DNA of 64,000 nt from a virus. Position 1 is the stretch's first letter, and the number at the start of each line of letters is the position of its first letter. Below are positions 37,702 through 46,755 of this stretch, piece after piece. The translations under genes were made by a program, and so were the position numbers. The notes under the pieces were generated by a model that was not told where the DNA came from, did no database searches, and worked only from the letters and a program-made list of their open reading frames with translations. Location: IMG/VR virus record IMGVR_UViG_3300042894_004439, positions 1-64,000 of that record, one strand, 5' to 3'.

Positions 37702-37729
37702 AAAACCCTGTATTTTATAGGGTTTTTTT
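37702..37729 (+). terminator. intrinsic terminator (similar to the one at 27605)
   Basis: AAAACCCTGTA-TTT-TATAGGGTTTTTTT. Confidence 0.75.
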
Positions 37730-37790
37730 GTGGCTAAAATACAACAAAATTTTGGTTGACCCAAAATGCCCGATTTGCTATAATACTAAC

Positions 37791-38105
37791 ATGAAGACAA
37801 GAAAACGCCGTCAAGACACCAAGCATGCAGTTTACATGTTAGTAAACACTAACACCAATGAGTCATATATTGGCATCACTGTATGCGGCTCGCAAGTAAA
37901 AAAAGCATTGAAAGTTCGCTTCCAAAAGCATGTGCGTCGCGCACTGACTGAAAACAAAACGTGGGCTTTATGCAACAGCATCCGCGAACACGGAGCAGAA
38001 GCTTTTGCAGTACTTTTAGTTGACATTGTGCGTGGACGCAAACCAGCTCATGCAGTAGAACGCGAGCTAATCAATGGCGAAAATCCAGCTCTGAACAGTC
38101 ACTAA
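37791..38105 (+). CDS. GIY-YIG nuclease-domain protein
   Basis: VYMLVNTNTNESYIGIT..RFQKH..ERELI..LN. Confidence 0.85.
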   Translation: MKTRKRRQDTKHAVYMLVNTNTNESYIGITVCGSQVKKALKVRFQKHVRRALTENKTWALCNSIREHGAEAFAVLLVDIVRGRKPAHAVERELINGENPALNSH

Positions 38106-38144
38106 ACGGTTGACCCAAAACACAAGATCGGTTATAATAACAGC

Positions 38145-38486
38145 ATGTTAAGCAAAAAGGAGTTCAAAATGGTAGATGAAAAGTACAAATCTCAGTTTTA
38201 TTTAGACTGGACCAATGATGAAACTGGTCCAGTTGCTCGCTGGCATTCCAACGATAAAATTCCTTTTGCAGACATGTTGCAAAATTTTGTAGATGCAGGT
38301 TGGATGGATGCTCAGATACAATCCAACAGTTTGGCTCAACGCATAATTGAAGACCGTGCCGCTATTGAAGCTTATCGTGCCAACTATCGTGGTCCTAGCA
38401 CAGAAGAAATGTTAGAAGCCCGCGCCGAATTTGGCCCTGGTGCCCGAGTGGTAAATGTGTTGACCGGCGCATCATATACAGTTTAA
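38145..38486 (+). CDS. early hypothetical protein (start 38145 or 38169)
   Basis: AAGGAG SD before 38169; ends EARAEFGPGARVVNVLTG. Confidence 0.75.
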   Translation: MLSKKEFKMVDEKYKSQFYLDWTNDETGPVARWHSNDKIPFADMLQNFVDAGWMDAQIQSNSLAQRIIEDRAAIEAYRANYRGPSTEEMLEARAEFGPGARVVNVLTGASYTV

Positions 38487-38496
38487 GGAGAGACAG

Positions 38497-38865
38497 ATGT
38501 TTACAGTATGGGAAGACATGACACAATTAGAGCAGGCCCAAGCTACCTTTTGGGACATGTATAAAGATGCTTACGGCTTCCGTCCCCGTCACATTGACAC
38601 CTCTACCTGGACTCTTGAGCAGTTCGATGCAGAGTTCGAAGGTCTCGGTGTAGCAATCGATGCGGCCGACCAAGAACGCAAAACAGCCGAAGCTCGGGCT
38701 GTAGAAACATTTGAGCGCCGTGTTGCTGAATTGATCAGCATGGGTGCCAAAGACTTGGCCATGGCCATGCGTTGGATCCACGAAGCAGAAGAGACCAACG
38801 GTGACGACAGTTACCTTGCTTGGACACTGGGCTTGCCCTATATGTACTTCCGCAAAGCGGGTTAA
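38497..38865 (+). CDS. early hypothetical protein
   Basis: DMYKDAYGFRPR motif; AAGGAG SD. Confidence 0.8.
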   Translation: MFTVWEDMTQLEQAQATFWDMYKDAYGFRPRHIDTSTWTLEQFDAEFEGLGVAIDAADQERKTAEARAVETFERRVAELISMGAKDLAMAMRWIHEAEETNGDDSYLAWTLGLPYMYFRKAG

Positions 38866-38875
38866 GGAGAATTCA

Positions 38876-39109
38876 ATGAAGACAGGTTACAAAGCAGAAT
38901 ACAATGGTTGTACATACGAAGTCGAGCACGGTGATGCGTTTGATCGTGGTTCAGCAGACAGCTACTACGGTCGCCCACGTAGACCGCACAAAGGCGGAGT
39001 GGGTGGTGATTCGGGTTCTTTAAACATAAACCTTACACCGCAAGAGATTGCAGACTACATGGCCGGTTACGACTGGAACGAAGCCGACGGCAACAAAAAG
39101 GATTGGTAA
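38876..39109 (+). CDS. early hypothetical protein
   Basis: FDRGSADSYYGR..YMAGY..KKDW; AAGGAG SD. Confidence 0.8.
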   Translation: MKTGYKAEYNGCTYEVEHGDAFDRGSADSYYGRPRRPHKGGVGGDSGSLNINLTPQEIADYMAGYDWNEADGNKKDW

Positions 39110-39354
39110 TGAATGATTTAGAATTGCATGGGCTGAACGCTCGCCAACAGGTGCTGGCAGACATCATGTGGAGTCTTGAAGAATACGACCAAGTTCAGGC
39201 CTTTATCAACACCTTGCCCAAGCGAGAAAAGATTGAGTGTGAAGGCATCATTGAAATGATGAAAATGGCCGTAGTTGAACAATGCCGCACTGGCGTTGAA
39301 AACACCAAAGAAGCTGATAAAATTATTAAACAAATACGTTCTAAAAAGGATTGA
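39109..39354 (+). CDS. early hypothetical protein
   Basis: TAATG-coupled. Confidence 0.7.
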   Translation: MNDLELHGLNARQQVLADIMWSLEEYDQVQAFINTLPKREKIECEGIIEMMKMAVVEQCRTGVENTKEADKIIKQIRSKKD

Positions 39355-39355
39355 T

Positions 39356-39529
39356 ATGGGACAGATGAAATCATTGTTTGTGGAGTTTTTAGAGAAATAC
39401 GAATCATGCACTCCGGAAGAAATTCAGGAAGAGCTAGACCTGTACAATAGTCTGCAGAGTCGAGGTGTGACTGACGAAATTCGTATTTCATTCTTGGAAC
39501 AATTATTGACTAATAAAGAGGTGGCATAA
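39356..39529 (+). CDS. early hypothetical protein
   Basis: AAGGA SD; MGQMK start. Confidence 0.65.
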   Translation: MGQMKSLFVEFLEKYESCTPEEIQEELDLYNSLQSRGVTDEIRISFLEQLLTNKEVA

Positions 39530-39801
39530 TGGATATCAAAGAAATCAACAATGCAATCATGTTCAATGGATTAACCAATGAGCAGTTGGAATCTGTTATG
39601 ATGGCAGTGAAATTTGCTCGAACCCAACTGGTAATCAACAACAAACGGTCGTTGTGTATTGGGGATCGTGTTAAGTTTACCAGCAATCGCAATGGCCGTA
39701 CTTATCTTGGCACAGTTGAAAAAATTGCCATCAAGTATATCACAGTTCACACCGGCGGCTCTTTGTTTAGAGTTCCAGCAAACATGTTAGAGGCGGCATG
39801 A
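39529..39801 (+). CDS. early hypothetical protein, SH3-like C-terminus
   Basis: GDRVKF..GTVEKI..FRVPANML. Confidence 0.75.
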   Translation: MDIKEINNAIMFNGLTNEQLESVMMAVKFARTQLVINNKRSLCIGDRVKFTSNRNGRTYLGTVEKIAIKYITVHTGGSLFRVPANMLEAA

Positions 39802-39814
39802 TAGCCGAGTTAAA

Positions 39815-40042
39815 TTGTTTTTTGTAGTGTATCGGGTGAAATCGGGTCACTGCATAAGTGTGTATGATCGCGAAAGTTCAGCCAAGGCTCAGGTCACACG
39901 AAATAATCGTGTCCTGATGATGGATATATTACGGGGTGAAAACCGACCAATTAATTGGTGGCCAGGCCGTCGAGAAGAATGGGCCTATTGCAATTATGCA
40001 GACTATGCAGCCCATTTTTACAAGGCCTACAAAGCCAAATAA
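39815..40042 (+). CDS. early hypothetical protein
   Basis: 75 aa, TTG start. Confidence 0.55.
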   Translation: MFFVVYRVKSGHCISVYDRESSAKAQVTRNNRVLMMDILRGENRPINWWPGRREEWAYCNYADYAAHFYKAYKAK

Positions 40043-40128
40043 GTGTTGCAAAAAAACAACACAAAAAGGTTGACCAAAAACACCCGTTTTGCTATAATAG
40101 AAGTATAGTAAGAAACAAGGAGTTAAAG

Positions 40129-40392
40129 ATGACTTTAAGATACGAAACAGTTGGTGAAATGATCACTCAGCACCAGCAAGAAAAATTTGAAAGCGATGTA
40201 ACTTACATTGTTCGTCCGTTGCTAAATGACAACGAACATGCTGGTTTTTTTGGAGAAACTGGCACCTTGTTTGCTGCTTGTTCTGAGTTGACTGCCCAGA
40301 CCATTTTTGACCGATTGATCCTGGAATTTGGTGTGGGAAAAGTGCAACTCAACGGCCCAATTCAAGGCGAATACGCCTATGATTTTGTGTGA
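40129..40392 (+). CDS. early hypothetical protein
   Basis: AAGGAG SD after promoter 40070. Confidence 0.75.
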   Translation: MTLRYETVGEMITQHQQEKFESDVTYIVRPLLNDNEHAGFFGETGTLFAACSELTAQTIFDRLILEFGVGKVQLNGPIQGEYAYDFV

Positions 40393-40457
40393 AAACGGTT
40401 GACCAAAAATACCCAATTTGTTATAATAACAGCATAGTAAGTAAAAAGGAGATAGTT

Positions 40458-40811
40458 ATGCAAGCAGTCGCAACAGTGATCACAGAGCAGTTGGTACAAG
40501 ACGCTACCAACGAAGCAGGCATCCAAGCCCGTACTGCCGCCAAGGCATTCCACGCCAAGCATGGCGATCGTGATGCTTGTGGCTTTGCCTGGGTTAACGT
40601 CTACGGCGTTCGCTCAAACAGCAAGCTGGGCAAGTGGTTGGCAGCCGCAGGCTTCCGCAAAGACTACACGGGTGCCTTGTGCCTGTGGAACCCCAGTGGT
40701 TTCCCTACACAAAGCATCAGCATCTTGGAAGCCGGCGCCGAAGCCTACGCCGAAGTACTGAAGAACAAGCTGGGTCTGGATCGTGTTTACGCAGGTTCAC
40801 GGTTAGATTGA
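40458..40811 (+). CDS. early hypothetical protein
   Basis: CGFAWV..QS..EAGAEAYAEVL..SRLD; AAGGAG SD. Confidence 0.8.
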   Translation: MQAVATVITEQLVQDATNEAGIQARTAAKAFHAKHGDRDACGFAWVNVYGVRSNSKLGKWLAAAGFRKDYTGALCLWNPSGFPTQSISILEAGAEAYAEVLKNKLGLDRVYAGSRLD

Positions 40812-40870
40812 TTGACCAATAAATTCCGATCTGTTATAATACTTGTATAGTAATTAAAAAGGAGTTCAAG

Positions 40871-41149
40871 ATGAGTTATGTAATTGTTGCCAAAGGTACT
40901 GGTCTTATTGTCACAGACGGTCCCAACCGAACTCGTGCCTACAAAACTTTTGGTGCCGCCAAAGCCACCCGCACTCGTCTGTGTAACAAGGCAGGTTGGA
41001 ACGAAAGCCAACTGAACATTGTAGATCGCGGCACTTACACTGCACCCCGGATCACTGTTCGCAATTTAATGACAGGCAAGCCGGTAGAGATTGATGCAGA
41101 CACTCCGTGGTCATGCAACCCGGCTTCGGAAACTTATTGGAGCATGTGA
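40871..41149 (+). CDS. early hypothetical protein
   Basis: VRNLMTGK..DTPWSCNPASETYWSM; AAGGAG SD. Confidence 0.8.
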   Translation: MSYVIVAKGTGLIVTDGPNRTRAYKTFGAAKATRTRLCNKAGWNESQLNIVDRGTYTAPRITVRNLMTGKPVEIDADTPWSCNPASETYWSM

Positions 41150-41232
41150 TGACAGATTTAGAAATTATTGTAACAACAGCAGTGGTCGTTGTGATCTTTG
41201 CTGTGAAGGTTTGGATTCTCACAAAGATTTAA
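41149..41232 (+). CDS. small single-TM ORF (27 aa)
   Basis: TGATG coupling; MTDLEIIVTTAVVVVIFAVKVWILTKI. Confidence 0.5.
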   Translation: MTDLEIIVTTAVVVVIFAVKVWILTKI

Positions 41233-41253
41233 GGCAACAAAAGGAGCAAAAAG

Positions 41254-41961
41254 ATGCAATATTATATGCCAGGCAAATACCCAAAATCAACTCGTTCAGC
41301 CGCACCCGGTACCAAGTATCCAGTGGCCCTGGTTTGGGCAGCGGCCATTGCAGCACATCGTATCAATGATAACCGTTATATCAAGGCCACTGAATGGGAT
41401 CACCAAGCAGATCCACCTGTGTTGAAATTTAAAACCAGTCGCGAAGTGTTTGCAGAATTGCTGACTGACCCAACTCAGTTGACTGCCGAAGATTACCAAG
41501 CTGGTCAAGAGTGTTTGGATTGGGTGCGTGGTGACTTCACTGTCAAAGCCCTAAAAGGTCAATTGAGCGAATTTGATCTAAGTGTGCAAAAGGTCGTTGC
41601 AGTAGAGGAAAGTTTTGATTCCAATTTGGATCGACTGGCCTTGGCCATTGTTCCATGCTTGCCAGCAAGCCAAGCTCGTGGCCAGGCTCGTGCAGAAACA
41701 GATTCGAGACTGCGTCAAACTGCCAATGAACACATTGGCCGTGTGGGTGAAAAAGTCAGTTTAGAAGTAGAAGTTTTGAGAGCTTCTTACAGCGCCAACT
41801 ACAATGTTTGGTTTGTAGCTGCGGTTGATAGTCAAAATCGTAGTGTGTTTTTTAGCTACCGCGCTCCTATTGAAACAGGACCCGGTACAAAGATCCGTGG
41901 CACTGTCAAAGCTCACCGTGACAATAACACCACCCAACTCAACCGTGTGAGCATTATCTAA
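41254..41961 (+). CDS. hypothetical protein with C-terminal OB-fold-like domain
   Basis: HIGRVGEK..IRGTVKAH..TQLNRV. Confidence 0.75.
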   Translation: MQYYMPGKYPKSTRSAAPGTKYPVALVWAAAIAAHRINDNRYIKATEWDHQADPPVLKFKTSREVFAELLTDPTQLTAEDYQAGQECLDWVRGDFTVKALKGQLSEFDLSVQKVVAVEESFDSNLDRLALAIVPCLPASQARGQARAETDSRLRQTANEHIGRVGEKVSLEVEVLRASYSANYNVWFVAAVDSQNRSVFFSYRAPIETGPGTKIRGTVKAHRDNNTTQLNRVSII

Positions 41962-41970
41962 GGAAATATC

Positions 41971-42099
41971 ATGAGCAAACTCATAATTGGATTCATTTTA
42001 GGCTTGGTGGTCAGTGCCGTTGGATTTTCGGGCATTGCTCGAATGTTTGACAAGGGCGTTCAGACCATCCAAACTCAAAGCAAAGAATTGGCCCAGTGA
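41971..42099 (+). CDS. small membrane protein (42 aa)
   Basis: AAGGA SD; MSKLIIGFILGLVVSAVGFSGIARMFDKG. Confidence 0.6.
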   Translation: MSKLIIGFILGLVVSAVGFSGIARMFDKGVQTIQTQSKELAQ

Positions 42100-42235
42100 T
42101 TCGGGCAAACCCAATCAAAATTATTGCAAAAAGACTTGACCATAAACTGTTCTTTTGCTATAATATTGATATGTTGTGTGACAAGCAACATGTATTTTAA
42201 CTTAAACTTTATAGGCAACTTTGAAAGGCAACACC

Positions 42236-42583
42236 ATGTCAACAACTGAAAAACTCTTCTCCGTCGCAGGCACTGCAACTAATCCTGATGGCACTACCAA
42301 AGCTCGCTTTGCGAATGATTTGGTATCTCGTCATAAGATTTTGAACAAGTCTGGTTGCACAGATATCAATCTGATTGAACTTCCACATGCAATGACCAAA
42401 TTGCAGGCTTTGCAGTTCTTGCAAGACACACAGGGCTACACTGGCGATGCCAGCTATGCAGTAGCCAACAAATTGGCAGAAAAAACCAAACTTGCCAAGA
42501 AAGGCGAATTGACTGTCAGTGCTTCAAGTGTGAAGTCTGGCAAAACACCTGCCAAGGCTGTTAACTCAGCAGTAGAAGCCTAA
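42236..42583 (+). CDS. hypothetical protein
   Basis: FSVAG..KARFAND..LIELP..MTK; follows promoter 42136. Confidence 0.75.
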   Translation: MSTTEKLFSVAGTATNPDGTTKARFANDLVSRHKILNKSGCTDINLIELPHAMTKLQALQFLQDTQGYTGDASYAVANKLAEKTKLAKKGELTVSASSVKSGKTPAKAVNSAVEA

Positions 42584-42603
42584 TAGGAATCTACTCCAAC
42601 ACA

Positions 42604-42626
42604 ATGGCACTTCGGTGCCATTTTTT
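42604..42626 (+). terminator. intrinsic terminator
   Basis: AATGGCAC-TTCG-GTGCCATT-TTTT. Confidence 0.85.
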
Positions 42627-42656
42627 ACGATTTTTAAATCTGTCATAATTAATTGT

Positions 42657-42902
42657 ATGCTCGATGAAAACACCCAAGAAGAAATAATCCGTATAGCTAC
42701 CATGCATCTCATGTTGGTATTGTATCGAGAAGGTATAACTAAAATCCATATGGGCGGTCTCATGCGTGTTTTGGGTGTGCCCAATGACACTGCAGCTGAA
42801 CACGACAATGAAGAAGTCATAATAGACGATGAATTTGCTAAATATGTTGAGCAATTGACTGCGCTTGCTTGTAGTCAGCCTGCCAATCAATCCTTGCACT
42901 AA
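42657..42902 (+). CDS. hypothetical protein
   Basis: 81 aa ORF. Confidence 0.65.
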   Translation: MLDENTQEEIIRIATMHLMLVLYREGITKIHMGGLMRVLGVPNDTAAEHDNEEVIIDDEFAKYVEQLTALACSQPANQSLH

Positions 42903-43145
42903 ATGTCCCAACCCAAAGATAAACATGGTGAAGCCATGTTTATAATATTACTCAGAACGTCTCAGGCTAGAAATTTATTCACTGCCTGGATCAACGACAA
43001 TAAAAATGCTCGTGCCAGAATCGATGATGGACGTATGTATTTGTTTGATCATAATTCATTGAACTTGTTTATGGTGACCTGGCGCCACAATTGGGACGAT
43101 GTAACTATATGGGATACTTGGAATCGTCGACACATACATGGGTGA
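42903..43145 (+). CDS. hypothetical protein
   Basis: 80 aa ORF. Confidence 0.65.
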   Translation: MSQPKDKHGEAMFIILLRTSQARNLFTAWINDNKNARARIDDGRMYLFDHNSLNLFMVTWRHNWDDVTIWDTWNRRHIHG

Positions 43146-43148
43146 TTT

Positions 43149-43868
43149 ATGTCGCAATTTATAAAATTACAAGTTTCGTTCCCTCCTGGAGCAGGAGGCA
43201 ATTGGCTTGCAAGTGTGTTAAGTTATTGTGTTTACCCTGATTATAGTTGGGCAGCTCAAAAAATAAATTTTCATAACATATATAAAATTGAGTTAGGTCA
43301 CCATCCAATGATTACAGATAATACATTGTCCATTGGAAATAACTCTTACAAATATAATTTTTGGAAATTATATCTGCATAAACAAATATTACGCAACTCC
43401 AAGTACACACGTATTGGAGGGAAAAAATTTATAGTAAATCCTCACAAACAAACTATTAACAACAAAGATAATTTTTTCTGGTTAATTGATCAATGTAGAT
43501 GTATACAAAACTATCAATGTCCTGGAAAATTTCAAATTGATTGGCAAGATTTATTTGTTGATCCTAATCGTGCCTGGACTGCTATCTGTAATTTCCTTGA
43601 ATACAATCACAAAAAAAATCATATTGATTTTCCTCAATTTAAAATTGCATTAGATAGCTATACAAAAACTTGCCAGGTTGTAAATTACAAAACAAATGTT
43701 AATCATAGGTTGTTTTTAATATGGAGTTTGGCATTTTTACAAAATAATAATTACACTGCACCATTTGATGTATTTGAAAAATTCGGGTCGGAAGAAATGA
43801 CGACCTGGGTTCATAAATTCCGCCCGATGATTTTAGAGTACACACAGCAAAATACGTTTTCAATTTGA
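43149..43868 (+). CDS. P-loop/sulfotransferase-like protein
   Basis: N-terminal FPPGAGGNWLASVL; IDWQDLF..ICNFL. Confidence 0.5.
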   Translation: MSQFIKLQVSFPPGAGGNWLASVLSYCVYPDYSWAAQKINFHNIYKIELGHHPMITDNTLSIGNNSYKYNFWKLYLHKQILRNSKYTRIGGKKFIVNPHKQTINNKDNFFWLIDQCRCIQNYQCPGKFQIDWQDLFVDPNRAWTAICNFLEYNHKKNHIDFPQFKIALDSYTKTCQVVNYKTNVNHRLFLIWSLAFLQNNNYTAPFDVFEKFGSEEMTTWVHKFRPMILEYTQQNTFSI

Positions 43869-43932
43869 TTAAACAAAATTTGACAAGTGTGCAAAATGTT
43901 GTATAATTACTATACATTTAAAGGAAACACAA

Positions 43933-44124
43933 ATGACACAACATGAACAAATCGTAGCCGCTTATGAAACTTACCTTGCCGAAAATGCCAAGTTTACAGA
44001 AAAAGGTGTCAAAGCCGCAGCGGCCCGTGCTAGAAAAGCCCTGCAGGAAATGAGCAAAGGTATCAAAGAGCGTCGTAAAGAAATTACCGCTGAAAAAGAA
44101 ACATTAGCAACTGCCAAACCCTAA
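43933..44124 (+). CDS. Hc1-like histone H1-like small basic protein
   Basis: KFTEKGVKAAAARARKALQEMSKGIKERRKEI; promoter TTGACA-16-TATAAT at 43880-43907. Confidence 0.7.
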   Translation: MTQHEQIVAAYETYLAENAKFTEKGVKAAAARARKALQEMSKGIKERRKEITAEKETLATAKP

Positions 44125-44173
44125 TCCGGGTACCGCTTTGTAAATACTGCTGGTTGAATATAAAAGTAATTGC

Positions 44174-44665
44174 ATGGATTTAGCAAAATCTAACAACACC
44201 ACTCACTACAGTGAAGATACCATTTCTATAGATTCAATAGACGCACCTGCTACCATTGGTGCTATTGACTCTATAACTGTATCATCACTTGGTAACACAA
44301 CTGGTACCTACTCCATTGACAATCCTTACTTAATCAATGGTGGTAGCACTATTAGTGCGGTCACAGGGGCCAACGGCTACAGTTATGCCAACTGGAACAC
44401 ACAGGCTGGCACCATTGTTCCCAGCGGAACAATCAGTCTCCAAGGTGAAAATGCTGACATCCGGGTCAACGGTGTAAGCCTGATGGATACATTAAACACC
44501 ATTGCAGAACGCTTGAATATTTTACACCCAAACCCAGAACTAGAAACAGAATGGGATCAACTTCGAGAACTTGGCGAGCAGTACCGAGAACTAGAAAAAC
44601 AACTTAAAGAAAAATCAGAGATGTGGGAAAAGCTAACTGCAATGCCACCACCGATTGTTGATTAA
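44174..44665 (+). CDS. hypothetical protein
   Basis: IAERLNILHPNPELETEWDQLRELGEQYRELE; TAAATA at 44141. Confidence 0.75.
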   Translation: MDLAKSNNTTHYSEDTISIDSIDAPATIGAIDSITVSSLGNTTGTYSIDNPYLINGGSTISAVTGANGYSYANWNTQAGTIVPSGTISLQGENADIRVNGVSLMDTLNTIAERLNILHPNPELETEWDQLRELGEQYRELEKQLKEKSEMWEKLTAMPPPIVD

Positions 44666-44838
44666 GTGTGTAGTTAACGACAAAAATGTACCAGAATTTC
44701 CGGTATAACAGTCCATTAACAAAGTCAGAACTAAGTATTTGCGGGGGCAGAAAACCCAATCTGCTAATTTATATATTGGCAATAGGTCACAATCATACAT
44801 CTGCCCCTTCTTATCAATCCAGTTAAAAGGAGAACAAG

Positions 44839-45417
44839 TTGAATAATTCAACCAACAGCATCTGCACCATCTTAGAAACATGGGGTAGTGTATTAGTAAA
44901 ATTTGTAAGTCTCTTGATGGTTATTATGATAGTGGTAAATTTTACAACTTATCATCTTGACAATCTAAAAGCAAACAACGCATTACATAAACCAGAACAT
45001 GTGAGCGCAAAAGAGCGCACCCAACAATTAGAATGCCTGACTCGTAATATCTATTGGGAAGCAGCTGGTGAGCCGTTTGAAGGTAAAGTAGCAGTGGCAC
45101 AGGTTACTATGAATCGAGTGGACAGTGGAAAATTTGCCAGCAATGTGTGCGGAGTAGTTTATCAAAAGAACATTGTATACGAAAAGGTAATTTGTCAGTT
45201 CAGCTGGTACTGTGAAGGCACACACAAAACTAAATCTGTGCATGGAGCCATGTGGAAAGAAAGCGAAGAAGTAGCCAAAAAAGTACTGCTTGAAGGTTTT
45301 CGATTGCCTAGTTTACAAAAGGCCATGTATTTTCATGCAGTGCATATAAAACCACAATGGGGTAAACCTGTTGTTGCTCAAATTGGAAATCACATCTTTT
45401 ACGGAGAAAAAATATGA
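44839..45417 (+). CDS. cell wall hydrolase (SleB/CwlJ, Hydrolase_2)
   Basis: CLTRNIYWEAAGEPFEGKVAVAQVTMNR, VCGVVYQ, CQFSW, YFHA, IGNHIFY; N-terminal TM. Confidence 0.92.
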   Translation: MNNSTNSICTILETWGSVLVKFVSLLMVIMIVVNFTTYHLDNLKANNALHKPEHVSAKERTQQLECLTRNIYWEAAGEPFEGKVAVAQVTMNRVDSGKFASNVCGVVYQKNIVYEKVICQFSWYCEGTHKTKSVHGAMWKESEEVAKKVLLEGFRLPSLQKAMYFHAVHIKPQWGKPVVAQIGNHIFYGEKI

Positions 45418-45737
45418 AATTTGGATTAACTTTTATTGAATCTGCAGTTCAAGGATTTAGACAATTTATTGACGAACATTTACCTAAAATTTCAGCTGAA
45501 ACGCTGGGATGGTTGGCCACTGTTATTATTCATTGTGCAACCATCCCTACTTTGTTGAGCCTATTAACCGGACTCAGTGACCGCACACCCAATTTGGACA
45601 TTGTGCTATTCATGTGGGCAGGACTTATCCTAATGTTTGGCCGAGCAGTCATACTCAAAGACGCACTTAACATCATTACCATTGGTATGGGATTTATGGC
45701 ACAGGCTGTTTTAATGGCTCTAATACTATTCAAATGA
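45414..45737 (+). CDS. membrane protein
   Basis: Three TM-like segments; coupled to the hydrolase. Confidence 0.7.
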   Translation: MKFGLTFIESAVQGFRQFIDEHLPKISAETLGWLATVIIHCATIPTLLSLLTGLSDRTPNLDIVLFMWAGLILMFGRAVILKDALNIITIGMGFMAQAVLMALILFK

Positions 45738-46306
45738 TTGAAAATTTATTTGTTATATTTGCACCAGGACTTGGCGGCAATCATCTAGCAAATTTAATTG
45801 GATTATCTAGTAGATTTACACGCAATACTGATCTTAGTAAATATCGGCCGGGCATAAAAACTGCACATCTGGCTGATATATCAAATCTACAAGAAAAATC
45901 TTTGTTGGATAATTTGCCACAGTTACAGATCCAAAGCAACGTGTTATGTGGACATTTAGCAGAATATCTTTGGATACAACAAAAACAAATTGATAAATTT
46001 TTTATAAATCGTAAATTTTTAATAATAACATTTCCAAAAAAAAATACTGCAGCTTATGATAGGCTGCTAAAATTTTGTCCAAATTTTAAGAACTATTGGT
46101 TCCATGAACAAACCAGTTTATACTCTGTTCAATATATGGAAAAATTATTTGGTGAAAAAGATTTTTTTACACTGAATGCTGAAGATATATTTACAGAACA
46201 AGTTGATCAAATAATCAAATTTATAGAATCAGAACTTGTTACGCAAATTGATGCAAAACTTGCCCAAAAGTTGCACACTATATGGTATAAATCAGTAACA
46301 GGTTGA
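45734..46306 (+). CDS. P-loop/sulfotransferase-like protein
   Basis: FAPGLGGNHLANLI, similar to the 43149 ORF. Confidence 0.5.
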   Translation: MIENLFVIFAPGLGGNHLANLIGLSSRFTRNTDLSKYRPGIKTAHLADISNLQEKSLLDNLPQLQIQSNVLCGHLAEYLWIQQKQIDKFFINRKFLIITFPKKNTAAYDRLLKFCPNFKNYWFHEQTSLYSVQYMEKLFGEKDFFTLNAEDIFTEQVDQIIKFIESELVTQIDAKLAQKLHTIWYKSVTG

Positions 46307-46362
46307 CCAATAACTAATAACTTGTTATAATTGACTATTCACACATGATTACAGGATAAATT

Positions 46363-46755
46363 ATGAGCATGCATTTACACCATCCTTCGTTGAGTCTAAA
46401 TGGTAAACGCAAGGGCAAGATAAAATTTCGTAATGCCGATGAAGCACGTAAGGCCCGTGAGCTAGATGCGTCATGGAAAGAATTGCTTAAAAAACAAGGC
46501 ATCGAAGCTGAAGAAAAAAAGCGTAGTCGTGCCATGAAAGCAGAGACCTTGACTTATAGCCTTCCTACTCCTATAGGTCGTACAGATACAAAACATATTC
46601 CTAGTTTAAATTCAGGCGCCGGTGTTGCCACAGTAGCACCAGCAAAAGTTTACACAGGCACCAAAGTCAAAGGTATTGCTACAATGCATAAATCAAATGC
46701 AGTACCGGTTTTCAGTGACGAACAAGCCATAGATATTTCAAGGATGAGACGATGA
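46363..46755 (+). CDS. conserved T4-like hypothetical protein
   Basis: KVYTGTKVKGIATMHKSNAVPVF..DISRMRR. Confidence 0.8.
   Translation: MSMHLHHPSLSLNGKRKGKIKFRNADEARKARELDASWKELLKKQGIEAEEKKRSRAMKAETLTYSLPTPIGRTDTKHIPSLNSGAGVATVAPAKVYTGTKVKGIATMHKSNAVPVFSDEQAIDISRMRR

Larger units (their letters stand above)
37756..42164 (+). promoter_or_regulatory. array of near-identical early promoters TTGACC-17-TATAAT
   Basis: -35 starts at 37756, 38110, 40070, 40399, 40812, 42136; further copies at 21927, 28460, 46303. Confidence 0.9.

Noticed and set aside
37728-40460. Recurring peptide VDxKxPxCYN at the N-termini of several ORF-track proteins
   Set aside because: It is the translation of the repeated GTTGACC...TG(C/T)TATAAT promoter; real starts lie downstream
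42099-42135. GGCAAACC resembling the c-di-GMP-I riboswitch
   Set aside because: Lacks the downstream GAAA hairpin and GGGACGCAAAG elements; only a small hairpin before a promoter
37680-42200. Possible CRISPR-like repeat array
   Set aside because: Repeats are degenerate promoters separated by whole genes at irregular spacing; no cas genes
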